Virus record (IMG/VR): IMGVR_UViG_3300005330_000014
Coordinates: 128,001 to 192,000 of that record
DNA length: 64,000 nucleotides
Strand: one strand, 5' to 3'
DNA from: a virus
Lineage: Duplodnaviria; Caudoviricetes
Below, piece after piece: positions 19,889-30,131 of this stretch (position 1 is the stretch's first letter; every line of letters starts with the position of its first letter). The notes below the pieces were generated by a model, which saw nothing but the letters and a program-made list of their open reading frames with translations, did not search any database and was not told the DNA's origin. The position numbers and the translations under genes are program-made.

Positions 19889-20533
19889 ATGGTTTTTCCT
19901 TTTGTTGTTTACGGTAAGAATCGTTCTAATGATGTTTTAGAATGGCATAAGAAAGTATATGACCGTTTGGGAATCGCGATGAATTATTTTGAATTTGATT
20001 TCCCTTATATTTCTCATGGCAACGCTATTGATCAAGTCATTCATTCTTTAATTAATGGCGGAAACTGTCCCGATTACTTTATAATCAGTGAAATTGATAG
20101 TATTCCTTTAAGATTTGATACTTTTGGCGATCTATATAAAAAAGTTGAAGACAAGCAAACAATAGCGGGCGGATTTCATCAGAGCAATCATTTAACCAAA
20201 GCAGATGGAACTTGTAATCGGCCTTATATCAGTCCTTCCATGCATATGATTTCAACAAAATTATATAATGATTTAGGGCGACCAAGCTATGACCACGGCG
20301 GGGATTGTGATTGCGCCGAATTAGTAACTAAAGTAGCTCAAGAAAAAGGATATTGTATAGCTGGAATTTGGCCGCGCGCAGTAGATCAACCTATGTATGA
20401 TTTAGGGAATGGTTTAAAATTTGGATTTGGAACGACCTACGGGAATTACTATTACCATCAAATGAATTCGAGTCAAGATGGTCATGTAGAAAATTTTATA
20501 GCTAAATGCAAAGAAGTAATACAAAATAACTAA
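19889..20533 (+). CDS. Glycosyltransferase-like protein
   Basis: SHGNAID, SEIDSIPL (xDxDxxPL-like), YYHQ. Confidence 0.5.
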   Translation: MVFPFVVYGKNRSNDVLEWHKKVYDRLGIAMNYFEFDFPYISHGNAIDQVIHSLINGGNCPDYFIISEIDSIPLRFDTFGDLYKKVEDKQTIAGGFHQSNHLTKADGTCNRPYISPSMHMISTKLYNDLGRPSYDHGGDCDCAELVTKVAQEKGYCIAGIWPRAVDQPMYDLGNGLKFGFGTTYGNYYYHQMNSSQDGHVENFIAKCKEVIQNN

Positions 20534-20715
20534 AAAATTAATATGCTAGATTCGGGAATACAACAAATCAGTGACTATATGACTTCAATTGGAGATGATG
20601 ACTATATTTTAGATGATTATACGATAATTGATGGGGAAGTAAGATTAATAGCGACTTGTACGCAGGGAGAATTACATCCCGATTCTTACGACGAATTTGG
20701 TTATCCTATTTAATT

Positions 20716-21384
20716 ATGAAGATCGACGCTTTTATTACTTGTGTTGGGGAAAATGCTAGGAAATTTCTAGCTGTTTCTCTCGGCTTTAACAAGAAACTAT
20801 TTGACAATGTTTATGTTATCACGACTGAAAAATCAACTGAAACTCATGAATTGTGCGCCCGGGCCGGAGTAGAATGTGTTACTACTGATTTATTTTACAA
20901 AAATCACGCAGTATTCAATCGCGGGGCTGCCCTTAATGATGTTTTTGATTTAATTAAACCTGCCGATTGGGTTTGTCATTTAGATGCCGACATTATCTTA
21001 CCCTCCACTTTCCTTGAATGGAAAAATAATTATAATGATTCTATTGAATATTTTTGGGGGTGCCGCCGGATTTTTATCCCGGCCATTTATGATTTATCTG
21101 ATTTAATGACTGGAAAAGTAATCGAAGACGTTTTTGAAAAACCTTACGGAATTGGTTATGGGTATATGCAACTTTGGAACGTTAATAGTGAAGTTGTTAA
21201 ATCGGGGGCTAAATATCCTGAAAGTTATGATTCATCTAATTCTGACTGGCAGTGGCGCAACTTTTGGGGCGAAACAATTAACGGAGACAAAGAATATACT
21301 AAAAATTTAAAGGAATTACCAATTAGCTGTTTACATTTAGGGCTGCCCGGCCTTGATAATAACCAAAGTTTTTGGGGAGAATAA
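20716..21384 (+). CDS. GT-A fold glycosyltransferase (ATG 20716 preferred over the 20656 track start)
   Basis: FNRGAALN, HLDADIILP, GYGYMQLW. Confidence 0.75.
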   Translation: MKIDAFITCVGENARKFLAVSLGFNKKLFDNVYVITTEKSTETHELCARAGVECVTTDLFYKNHAVFNRGAALNDVFDLIKPADWVCHLDADIILPSTFLEWKNNYNDSIEYFWGCRRIFIPAIYDLSDLMTGKVIEDVFEKPYGIGYGYMQLWNVNSEVVKSGAKYPESYDSSNSDWQWRNFWGETINGDKEYTKNLKELPISCLHLGLPGLDNNQSFWGE

Positions 21385-21385
21385 C

Positions 21386-21985
21386 ATGGGAAGTTTATCT
21401 TACTTCAATCTCAATGATTATGTTAATCAGTATAATCTAAATGGATTTCTTGAAACGGGTTTGGGACACGGGCATGGGATTCAATATGCTACTACTTGCA
21501 ACTTTGAAATTTGTTATTCAATTGAAATATCTAAAGAAGTAATTCAACGATATCACAGGATGTATGGTAATAATTCAAAAATTAATATTATACAAGGAAC
21601 TAGCAAATTTGGATTACAGCATGTATTTGAACATGATTCCAATAAACAATATTTAATCTTTTTGGATGCCCATTTCCCGGCGGCTGATTTAGGTTTTGCA
21701 GGTTTTAATGATGAAAAGAATGACTCTCTTAAGTATCCCCTGCTTGACGAATTAAAAATAATTAAAAGCCGCGCGGATAAAGGTTATAAAGACGTTATAA
21801 TTGTCGATGACTTAATGTTTTATTCAAACGAGATTTTCCCAGATTCTCATATTAAAAGCTATTTTAAAATTGAGCCGCCAAAAGACAATAACTGCTTAGA
21901 TAAAATCATGAGTTATTTTGATAAAACTCACAAAGCAGAATTGGTTAAACAGTTTAGTGGTTTTGGGATTTTTACACCTAATTAA
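21386..21985 (+). CDS. Class I SAM-dependent methyltransferase
   Basis: FLETGLGHG, YSIEIS, IFLDAH, IIVDD. Confidence 0.75.
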   Translation: MGSLSYFNLNDYVNQYNLNGFLETGLGHGHGIQYATTCNFEICYSIEISKEVIQRYHRMYGNNSKINIIQGTSKFGLQHVFEHDSNKQYLIFLDAHFPAADLGFAGFNDEKNDSLKYPLLDELKIIKSRADKGYKDVIIVDDLMFYSNEIFPDSHIKSYFKIEPPKDNNCLDKIMSYFDKTHKAELVKQFSGFGIFTPN

Positions 21986-21986
21986 T

Positions 21987-22802
21987 ATGAAAATAGCAGG
22001 ATGGAATTTCGGATTGTTTGGTGATTTAGTTATGAATACTACATTAGCCAAAACTTTTAAAACTCATAACCCAGATAGTAATTTAATTTTTTGTGTTGGA
22101 CGCAAATATTCTGCAATTTTACCTTTATTTTATAATCATCCTTGCATAGATGGATTTCACGTATGGGAAGGTTGTGATGATTGGCCGACCAATAATGATA
22201 GTAAATATATAGAGTCTGGGCGATTTGATAAAGTATATTCCGCGTGCCCTCAACATAAACGGCAAGATTGGTATAAATACAATCATTATATTGAAGAAGT
22301 GCATGATATGAACGATTTCCCTCCACCTGTCGATATGCAATGTCATTTAGATAAATGGTTTCAAACAGAAGAAAGAAGTCAAAAACTAATAACAACTTCT
22401 TTAGTTTCTGGAAATGATCCGCTTGGGCGCGCACTTGATTCTAATCAAATACTAAGCTTACACAAAGATATTGAAAAGTTAGGATATAAAGTGGTTAGGC
22501 TGGATACCAAACAATGCCCAACATTAGAAAATGATTATCCTGCTTCCAAACTTAGTTTATTAGACGCGGTAAAGTTATTACTAACTTCTAAACTACATTT
22601 AACAGTTGACACTTCTTATTCGTGGATCGGTTCAAGTTATAGTCATCCAGTTTTATCTCTACATGGAATTAATTATCCAGATATGGATATTGAGCATGTG
22701 AAAAGTCACGTTCCCTTTAATCCAAATGCGCGAGCTATAATTTCAAACAGTGTCAAGGAAATAAAAAATCAATCTATTATTGATGTTATCAAATCTTTCT
22801 AA
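21987..22802 (+). CDS. GT9 (heptosyltransferase-like) glycosyltransferase
   Basis: GLFGDLVMNT near the N-terminus; SLLDAVKLL...LTVDTSYSWIG. Confidence 0.7.
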   Translation: MKIAGWNFGLFGDLVMNTTLAKTFKTHNPDSNLIFCVGRKYSAILPLFYNHPCIDGFHVWEGCDDWPTNNDSKYIESGRFDKVYSACPQHKRQDWYKYNHYIEEVHDMNDFPPPVDMQCHLDKWFQTEERSQKLITTSLVSGNDPLGRALDSNQILSLHKDIEKLGYKVVRLDTKQCPTLENDYPASKLSLLDAVKLLLTSKLHLTVDTSYSWIGSSYSHPVLSLHGINYPDMDIEHVKSHVPFNPNARAIISNSVKEIKNQSIIDVIKSF

Positions 22803-22818
22803 ATTATATAGATAAAGA

Positions 22819-23316
22819 ATGAGTAACACTGAAGTTCATTTTAGTTCAAAATCTAACGAATGGGAAACCCCTAAATATGTTTTTAATTATTTAGACAATG
22901 AGTTCAATTTTACTCTGGACGCAGCAGCGACAAAAGATAATTGGTTGATTTCTGATTACTTTACTCCTGAAGACGATGCTCTTACAAAAGATTGGTCGGC
23001 ATATAAATCAATTTGGTGTAATCCTCCTTATGGCAGGTTAATAAGTAAGTTTATTCAAAAAGGTTATGAAGAATCTTTGAAAGGATGTACTGTTGTTTTC
23101 CTAATCCCGGCCCGCGTGGATACTAAATGGTGGCACGAATATTGTTCAAAAGGTGAAGTTAGATTTATAAAAGGTAGATTGAGTTTTAACAACAGATCAT
23201 TTCCGTCGTGGCGCGAAGATGGAAGTCATTTAAAATCCCCGGCACCCTTTCCGTGCGCCGTTGTTATTTTCGGCAACTCACCATCAACTTCCTATGTCAC
23301 TATTCCAAAACCTTAA
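22819..23316 (+). CDS. Phage DNA N6-adenine methyltransferase (Dam-like)
   Basis: EWETP, FTLDAAA, WCNPPY, LIPARVDTKWW, RFIKGRL. Confidence 0.9.
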   Translation: MSNTEVHFSSKSNEWETPKYVFNYLDNEFNFTLDAAATKDNWLISDYFTPEDDALTKDWSAYKSIWCNPPYGRLISKFIQKGYEESLKGCTVVFLIPARVDTKWWHEYCSKGEVRFIKGRLSFNNRSFPSWREDGSHLKSPAPFPCAVVIFGNSPSTSYVTIPKP

Positions 23317-23332
23317 ACAACTAATTTTCAAT

Positions 23333-24389
23333 ATGATTCATGCAAAACGTCCCCGGGTTTTATTCATTTTAAAAAAAAGAAATAATCAATGGGGGCCGCA
23401 TGATGGATACAGTGCTTGCGGTGGATTTAGTTCGGGATTGTATAATTCTGCTAATTTCGTTAATGAAATGCTACGAGAAAATAATATCGAATCCAATATT
23501 GTTGAGGTATTTGACGGACATTGTATTGATAAAGAAGTTCATACTTTTCAACCCACTCATGTAATTTTAGAAGCAATTGTTTTTCCTCCTGAGAAGTTTC
23601 AAATTTTAACTAAACTTCATCCAAAAATTAAATGGATTATTCGTAACCATAGCGAAGTTCCTTTTCTAGCAAATGAGGGGAACGGGATAGATTGGATGCT
23701 GAAATATATTAAATATCCAAATGTTTATATTTCAAATAATTCAAAAAATATCAATACTGATTTTATGGATTTGGTTGGATATTTGGGGTGCCCACCGGAT
23801 AAAGTTGTTTATTTACCCAACTATTATCATCCAAAAAGATCATACAAAACATGTCCATCGGCACGGGGAAGAGTTGCATATTGCCTGTCTAGGGGCAATC
23901 CGTCCGTTGAAAAATCAAGTCATTCAAGCAGTGGCCGCAATTGAGTTTGCAGAGAAAATTAATAAACCATTAAGATTTCATGTTAACGGAACAAGAGTCG
24001 AGGGTAATGGTGAGCCAGTTCTTAAAAATCTCAGATTACTATTTACTCATTTTCCGAAGCATAAGTTGATTGAACATCCTTGGCGTCCTCATAATGAGTT
24101 TTTAGAACTTATTGGGAAGATGGATATTTCAATGCAGGTATCTTTTAGTGAGACGTTCAATATAATTACTGCCGATGCCGTTTCAATGGGTATTCCAATT
24201 GTTGTATCCCCTGAAATTAAATGGGTGGATTATATGTCACATGCCAATCCAAACGACACAGACAGTATAGTAAACAAATTAAATGCGGCATATGGCAACT
24301 ACTATCTCCCCACAGTAAATAAACATTTGCTTAAACAATACTCTAAGAAAAGTAAAGATATTTGGTTAGATTTTCTAAAAATAAAATGA
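23333..24389 (+). pseudogene. GT4-like glycosyltransferase split by a +1 frameshift near 23830-23850
   Basis: ORF 23261-23944 carries the N-domain to LPNYYHPK; ORF 23721-24389 (+1 frame) carries CLGAIRPLKNQ and SFSETFNI. Confidence 0.7.
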
Positions 24390-24748
24390 GTAAAACTATT
24401 CTTCCTTCGTTTTGTTTCCCTTGGGAAAATTCTTTTAAATCTGGCGATGTAATTTCATTAGAAAATGAAGTAACTAAAGAAGGAAAACATATTACCAATT
24501 ATTACAAATTTATTGGAGTGTTGTCTTGTAAAGGACACATAAACAATAAACAAAAGCCGCGCGATTTGATTGTTTTGCAAAACATTAATACCAAAGATTT
24601 CATCGGCGGGCGGATTGGAGTTGATGTAGCTTTTAGTAAAAGTTTATTAAGATTTGTTACTATGTTCGACGGGATTTGCTATGGGAAAACTATAAGCGAA
24701 TTGAAAAGAGTATATGGTTGGCAGGACGCACTAGAATTAGAAAAGTAA
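24386..24748 (+). CDS. Hypothetical protein
   Basis: Co-oriented; ATGA overlap with the upstream stop. Confidence 0.65.
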   Translation: MSKTILPSFCFPWENSFKSGDVISLENEVTKEGKHITNYYKFIGVLSCKGHINNKQKPRDLIVLQNINTKDFIGGRIGVDVAFSKSLLRFVTMFDGICYGKTISELKRVYGWQDALELEK

Positions 24749-24754
24749 CTAATT

Positions 24755-25648
24755 ATGAAAATTAGAATATATGGTGAACCCAGTGATAATACAGTTTGGC
24801 CCCCGGCCTATTTACCAGCGATTAAGCGCGGATTAATTGAACTGGGTCATGAGTTAGTTGATGACGTAAAATTAGCAGACGTATTATATTGTAATGATCC
24901 TAACGGGGAATACCAAATTTCACATGATACGATAGATTTTAATAAGCCGAGTGTTCTTAATATTTTAGATATTCCAACGTATTTATCTGAATTTCATCTA
25001 AATAGAGTGCTTGGAAACTTAAATTGGAGAATTGAACAAGTTAATGCGGTTACTTCAATTTCTAAAACCGTTCAATCACAAATCAAAGAGATATTTGGAG
25101 TAGATAGTACGGTTGTATATCAGCCAACTAAACCAATAACGCGATTGAATTTAGAAAAAAAAGAAAGTGGAGTAAAGTTTCTTTATGTTGGTCGCGCACA
25201 TAGCCCAAACAAAAGATTTGATTTGGTCAAGAATCTAATTCAAAAGTATTACGAAGAGGGCCAATTACTTATTATAGGATCAGAAAATCCTTGTTTTGGA
25301 ACATATGTTGGCATGGTTAATGATGTAACTTTAAATAATTATTATAATCTTTGCGATTATGTTTTATTGCCAAGCTCATTTGAAGGAATTGGTTTAACTA
25401 GCATTGAAGCAATTTTAGCAGGCAAATATCCAATACTAAGTAATGATTGCGCGGCTGCAATAGAATTTCTCCCCGAGTTCGCCTGCGACCCAAATCCGGC
25501 GGCTATGTTTGAAAAAATTCAAGAAATTGAAAACAATAAATCCCATTATGACTGGTTAGTTCGACAGTATGATAGAAAGTACCGTGAACAATTCAATTAT
25601 AAATCCGTGGCACAAAATATTGTCAATGTTTTAGAAAGCGTTATTTAA
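24755..25648 (+). CDS. GT4-like glycosyltransferase
   Basis: FLYVGR...KRFDL, YNLCDYVLLPSSFEGIGLTSIEAILAG. Confidence 0.85.
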   Translation: MKIRIYGEPSDNTVWPPAYLPAIKRGLIELGHELVDDVKLADVLYCNDPNGEYQISHDTIDFNKPSVLNILDIPTYLSEFHLNRVLGNLNWRIEQVNAVTSISKTVQSQIKEIFGVDSTVVYQPTKPITRLNLEKKESGVKFLYVGRAHSPNKRFDLVKNLIQKYYEEGQLLIIGSENPCFGTYVGMVNDVTLNNYYNLCDYVLLPSSFEGIGLTSIEAILAGKYPILSNDCAAAIEFLPEFACDPNPAAMFEKIQEIENNKSHYDWLVRQYDRKYREQFNYKSVAQNIVNVLESVI

Positions 25649-25649
25649 A

Positions 25650-26399
25650 ATGAAAATAGGAATTATTTTTACAGCGTTCAACTCAGCAGATTTAATCCTT
25701 AAATGCCTAGACCCGTGGATTAAAGTTAAAAACACTTTAAATCATCAGTTTGTTTATAGTTGCGTTTCAGTCCCTTTTGAAAAATTCAATATAGATAAAA
25801 CTGACAATACAGTTGAATTAATTAAAACAACTGGCATCATGGATTTTTTGTTTGCCGATGGACAATTCAAATCTGAAATAGCCGCGCGGGGCATCTGTTT
25901 AGATTATTTAAAAGATAATGGGTGTGATTTTATTTGGCAAGTTGATGCTGACGAATTTTATACAGTAGAAGATATAACAAATATAGTTAATTACATAGAA
26001 AAAGACAAATCTACATTCTGGTGGAAACTTTGTCTTAAAAACTATTTTCAAACAGACAAACAATATTTGGCTGAACCATTTACTCCGGCGCGGATTTTTA
26101 GAGTTAATCAACCTCCTTATAAATTGGGTGATTTCATTCAAGATAATGACATTTCGTTTTTTTATCAACGGGCAGAAATACCTAATTCATTTGTTAAAAG
26201 TAAAGTGATTCCACGCGAAGTAAATTGGACAAAGCACTTAAGTTGGTTAAACGGGTCGCGTAGTCGCGACAAAATTTTTTACCAAAATAAACGCTGGGGT
26301 AAGTCAAGTTATATATATGATGAGGTTACAGAAACGGTAAACTTTAATCCTGACTATTATCCCGGTGGACAATTTCCTGAAGTAATACAAGAAATTTAA
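25650..26399 (+). CDS. GT-A fold glycosyltransferase (GT2-like)
   Basis: SEIAARGICL, WQVDADEFY, KHLSW. Confidence 0.75.
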   Translation: MKIGIIFTAFNSADLILKCLDPWIKVKNTLNHQFVYSCVSVPFEKFNIDKTDNTVELIKTTGIMDFLFADGQFKSEIAARGICLDYLKDNGCDFIWQVDADEFYTVEDITNIVNYIEKDKSTFWWKLCLKNYFQTDKQYLAEPFTPARIFRVNQPPYKLGDFIQDNDISFFYQRAEIPNSFVKSKVIPREVNWTKHLSWLNGSRSRDKIFYQNKRWGKSSYIYDEVTETVNFNPDYYPGGQFPEVIQEI

Positions 26400-26401
26400 A
26401 T

Positions 26402-26905
26402 ATGATTATAGAAACACACAAATCCGACACCCAAGATCAGATTTTCTTTTACGAACAAGATTTTTATTGTTTATCTAATTTTTCTTCATTTACCTTACAG
26501 TGGAAAGGGCTTAGATTTGATACTTCGGAAGCCACGTATCATTGGGAAAAATTCTTAACTTATGAATCCGCGTCTATTTCCGAATTAGAAGTTATTCGTA
26601 AAAAAATCTCACTTGCTCCATCCGCTCACGAAGCATTTCAATTATCTAGAAAATATAAAGAGTTAGTTCGCCCAGATTGGGACAATGTTAAAATTGATAT
26701 TATGAAAGAAATTTTATGGGCGAAAGTAAAACAACACGAATATGTGCGCCAGAAACTTGTATCATCTGGCAATAGACAATTAATTGAAGATTCGTGGCGG
26801 GACGATTTTTGGGGTTGGGGACCAAATAAAGACGGCAAAAATATACTTGGTGAGTTATGGATGATGATACGAGGAGAATTAGATAATCAAAATTATATAA
26901 CTTAA
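26402..26905 (+). CDS. NADAR (YbiA-like) family hydrolase
   Basis: LSNFS, TSEATYH, DWDNVK..IM, AKVKQH, LIEDSWRDDFWG, GKNILGELWM. Confidence 0.88.
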   Translation: MIIETHKSDTQDQIFFYEQDFYCLSNFSSFTLQWKGLRFDTSEATYHWEKFLTYESASISELEVIRKKISLAPSAHEAFQLSRKYKELVRPDWDNVKIDIMKEILWAKVKQHEYVRQKLVSSGNRQLIEDSWRDDFWGWGPNKDGKNILGELWMMIRGELDNQNYIT

Positions 26906-27088
26906 ATATATAATATAATGACAGAATTTGATAAAGCTAAACAAGAATTTCTAGATAACTACCTTGAAGAAAAATTTCCCGGGGAATTAAAAGAGTTATA
27001 CGGGGACATTGTTGGAATTTTAAAAGCTGGATTTGAAGCTGGAATTAGATTTGTCGAAGATTACGAAGATATCAGAAGAGATAATTAA

Positions 27089-27409
27089 ATGACTGACGCC
27101 CAATTTGAGAAACAACGATTTGATATAGTCAAAAACTACTTTGATTATTACAATATTTTGTGTCTTGAAGAAGATTTAGGATTATCTATAAGCTCGTCTG
27201 CGCCCGGCTTATATCATGTTTTTACTACCAAAGACGATATTCTGACTCATCAATATAGTATTTCAGACGCCAAACTAAAAGAAATCTCGAAAAGTCTTAA
27301 ATTAATTACGATTAAAAATATTTTCATTAGCACAAAATTAAAATCGTATGAAGATAAATTAATGAAGAGATACGAAAATAATCCGCTGGATTGGGAACAA
27401 AGTCACTAA
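27089..27409 (+). CDS. Hypothetical protein
   Basis: 106-aa ORF. Confidence 0.65.
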   Translation: MTDAQFEKQRFDIVKNYFDYYNILCLEEDLGLSISSSAPGLYHVFTTKDDILTHQYSISDAKLKEISKSLKLITIKNIFISTKLKSYEDKLMKRYENNPLDWEQSH

Positions 27410-27415
27410 GTTTTT

Positions 27416-28267
27416 ATGAAAGTTTGCATCTTAGGTGGTGGATTTATTGCTAAAAACCTTATCAAATATCTTGAAAAGCAAAAAGATATTAATATCTTAG
27501 CTGTTGGATATGAAGCTGTTAATTCGCACGCTTCAATTAGATTCGACATTAGAAATTCTGACAGTATTGAATTGTGTTTTATAAATGGTCCTTATAATAT
27601 TATTATAAATTGTACGGGTATTTCCAATTTTTCTAGCTGCGAAGATAATAATAATTATTCTTTTGATGTAAATTGTCATGGACCCCTTAATATTTTAGAC
27701 TATATCCATTGTGATTCTCATACCACTCGTTTTATTAACTTAGGAAGCATTCGAGAATTTGATTCTGATTCGTGGTATGCGCGCACAAAAAAAATATCTA
27801 GAGAAATCGTTGGGTATTATCGTGAACAAAAAGGCATGTGGGCCGCGCAATTATATTTACCTAATATAGTAGGAAAAGAACAGGATGCCGCGCGATTTGT
27901 TGTCCCTAAAGTTATTGATTTTGTTGAAAATTTTGCTAAAAATCCGGCGGACTCAAAACTCAAATTAGGGAATCTAGATTCTACACTTAATTTAATTCAT
28001 GTGGATACAGCCTGTGAACTTATCTGGCGCGCGGCTCAATCGCAAACCCCTATAGACTACTTACTTACAGGAGAAAAAATTTTGTTAAAAGATTTTGTAG
28101 TTAAAATATTTCAAAAATTTGGCATACAAGATTGGGAAAATTACGTTGAAATTGACCAGTCATTAGTTCGCCCGAACGATAATCCTTATTATATAGAATT
28201 AGTTAAACATGCTTTAAAAAGTAATGATACGGTTGATGACATTATTAATAAGCTATGTCAGGCTTAA
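27416..28267 (+). CDS. NAD-dependent epimerase/dehydratase (GDP-mannose 4,6-dehydratase-like SDR)
   Basis: ILGGGFIA Rossmann motif, YARTK (YxxxK), LGNLDS, EIDQSLVRP. Confidence 0.75.
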   Translation: MKVCILGGGFIAKNLIKYLEKQKDINILAVGYEAVNSHASIRFDIRNSDSIELCFINGPYNIIINCTGISNFSSCEDNNNYSFDVNCHGPLNILDYIHCDSHTTRFINLGSIREFDSDSWYARTKKISREIVGYYREQKGMWAAQLYLPNIVGKEQDAARFVVPKVIDFVENFAKNPADSKLKLGNLDSTLNLIHVDTACELIWRAAQSQTPIDYLLTGEKILLKDFVVKIFQKFGIQDWENYVEIDQSLVRPNDNPYYIELVKHALKSNDTVDDIINKLCQA

Positions 28268-29022
28268 TCGGAGTTGAATGGCGCGGTGGCAACAAATTAG
28301 GAGATAGACTTTGCCGAATTTCTCTTTTCGAGAATTATTACAAGAATACAGGCGATAAATTAATTGATTTGATTGGCATGGAATATACTAAGTATAATCC
28401 TTATGTTTTACAAATCTCTGATATTCACCCCAATACTTTATCTAGAATTGAAAAGCGGTGCTTATGGAATTATCCGCCGCGTGCCGTTCCTTTTGATTCG
28501 TTTAAAACGATGGCGCACGAAGTTTGTGCCCGATGGGATTTGCCAGTTTGTTATTTAAATAGGTCGCGCTTATATAAATACGAAGATTCGATTAAGTTTC
28601 CTAGAAGTTTAGTTATCAACACTACGGGGCGTGGACACGGCGCAATTCCCCTACATGTTATTAAACATATTCGAGAAGCTTATAAAAATTATACAATTAT
28701 ACAAATTGGTGGTTTGACTGATATTGACGCGGGCGCGGATTTAGATCGGCGCGGCTGTGATTTTTGGGAATCTGCTAAATACATGAGTGAATGTGAAATC
28801 GCTATCATTCCAGATAGTTTTTGTTATTGGCTTTCCAAGTGTTATAGAATGCATCGTAAAGTTATACTAACTAACTTATCCGCCGAGAATTGTGAAAAGT
28901 TCTTACCGCGCGGCTATCATATTGATAATTGGGAACAAGATTGGTGGCTAGAGTTAGATGCTGAATTTTACAATATTTACGAACAAGACTTTGGCATAAC
29001 TAAATCCTATTTATCAATCTAA
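28255..29022 (+). CDS. GT9-like glycosyltransferase
   Basis: KLGDRLC, IIQIGG, DFWESAKYMSECEIAIIPDSFCYWLS. Confidence 0.6.
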   Translation: MSGLIGVEWRGGNKLGDRLCRISLFENYYKNTGDKLIDLIGMEYTKYNPYVLQISDIHPNTLSRIEKRCLWNYPPRAVPFDSFKTMAHEVCARWDLPVCYLNRSRLYKYEDSIKFPRSLVINTTGRGHGAIPLHVIKHIREAYKNYTIIQIGGLTDIDAGADLDRRGCDFWESAKYMSECEIAIIPDSFCYWLSKCYRMHRKVILTNLSAENCEKFLPRGYHIDNWEQDWWLELDAEFYNIYEQDFGITKSYLSI

Positions 29023-29375
29023 TGAATACGGTTAATGGTCGTTTTGATTTACTTTGTTTAAAAGGATCAACTACTGAGATTTTAGATTTTGGTTCGGGCG
29101 CGCGAAATAAGATTGTAATATCTAATCAAAAAGTTCCCTTTACTACCTTTTTCATATCACCAAATATTTACATACTCCCAGACCACTTCTATATATTACA
29201 AAATGACAAACTTATTAAAGTAAATGAATTAATTTCCAAATCGGGTGGCTTCATTTTAGACAAATTCGGGCGGACGAAATCATATATTTTGGTAGACAAA
29301 CAAGAAAATAACATTGGAATTCCTGATATTGATATTTGGTATGACGGAGATTTAGTAATTAGAAAAAATATTTAA
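29022..29375 (+). CDS. Hypothetical protein
   Basis: 117-aa ORF coupled to upstream stop. Confidence 0.6.
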   Translation: MNTVNGRFDLLCLKGSTTEILDFGSGARNKIVISNQKVPFTTFFISPNIYILPDHFYILQNDKLIKVNELISKSGGFILDKFGRTKSYILVDKQENNIGIPDIDIWYDGDLVIRKNI

Positions 29376-29379
29376 AGTA

Positions 29380-29820
29380 ATGAATAATCGTATTAAGTTT
29401 AGAATTTGGGACAAAGTAGAAAAAGAGTGGCTTGATCCCGATAGTTTCGCTTTATCAGGAAACGGAAATGGATTATTGTTTAAAGATTATAATGAATGGA
29501 TACAATTTAATTCTGAAGATTTTGAGATTCAACAGTTTACAGGTGAATATGATAGTAAAAATATTCCGATTTATGAGGGCGATATTATGGCTTCGCGCGG
29601 GAACTACATAACCGATGAACTTGATAAAAATGGTAAATTCCCTGACTTATTTTGTGTTGTTGTTTGGAATAAAAATCATACTAGATTTGGTTTAAAAGCA
29701 ATTGAAGACTATAAGGATTATGATCCAAATGGGGAATTTAGCCATGTTTGGACATGTTATCTTTCGACTTTCAAAGAAGTAATTGGCAATATTTATGAAA
29801 ACCCGAAACTGCTTAAATAA
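29380..29820 (+). CDS. YopX family protein
   Basis: IKFRIWD, QQFTGEYDSKNIPIYEGDI, VIGNIYENPKLL. Confidence 0.88.
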   Translation: MNNRIKFRIWDKVEKEWLDPDSFALSGNGNGLLFKDYNEWIQFNSEDFEIQQFTGEYDSKNIPIYEGDIMASRGNYITDELDKNGKFPDLFCVVVWNKNHTRFGLKAIEDYKDYDPNGEFSHVWTCYLSTFKEVIGNIYENPKLLK

Positions 29821-30123
29821 ATGAGTGAAGAACAAGGCAGTAGTTTCACTATTTTTATAGGTGGGAAGCCGCCCGATCCTGTGCCTGCCGAAAATGAACC
29901 TAATAATATTGGGGAAATCAACCGACAAGCACAAGCTGGTAATATTGACTTTGCTAAATGGTGGACATGCAAATGGAAATCGGGTATCGAAAAAAGAGTT
30001 ATAAAAAGTTGCTGCGGTCGTAGTGAAGAAGTTCTAACTATCGCATGTAACAAACTCGAAATAACTATGTTGACCCCCTTGATATGTGCAAGGTGCTCTC
30101 ACCATTCTCCAAAAGACATTTAA
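29821..30123 (+). CDS. Cys-containing hypothetical protein
   Basis: KSCCG, IACN, CARC. Confidence 0.6.
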   Translation: MSEEQGSSFTIFIGGKPPDPVPAENEPNNIGEINRQAQAGNIDFAKWWTCKWKSGIEKRVIKSCCGRSEEVLTIACNKLEITMLTPLICARCSHHSPKDI

Positions 30124-30131
30124 TAACAACT

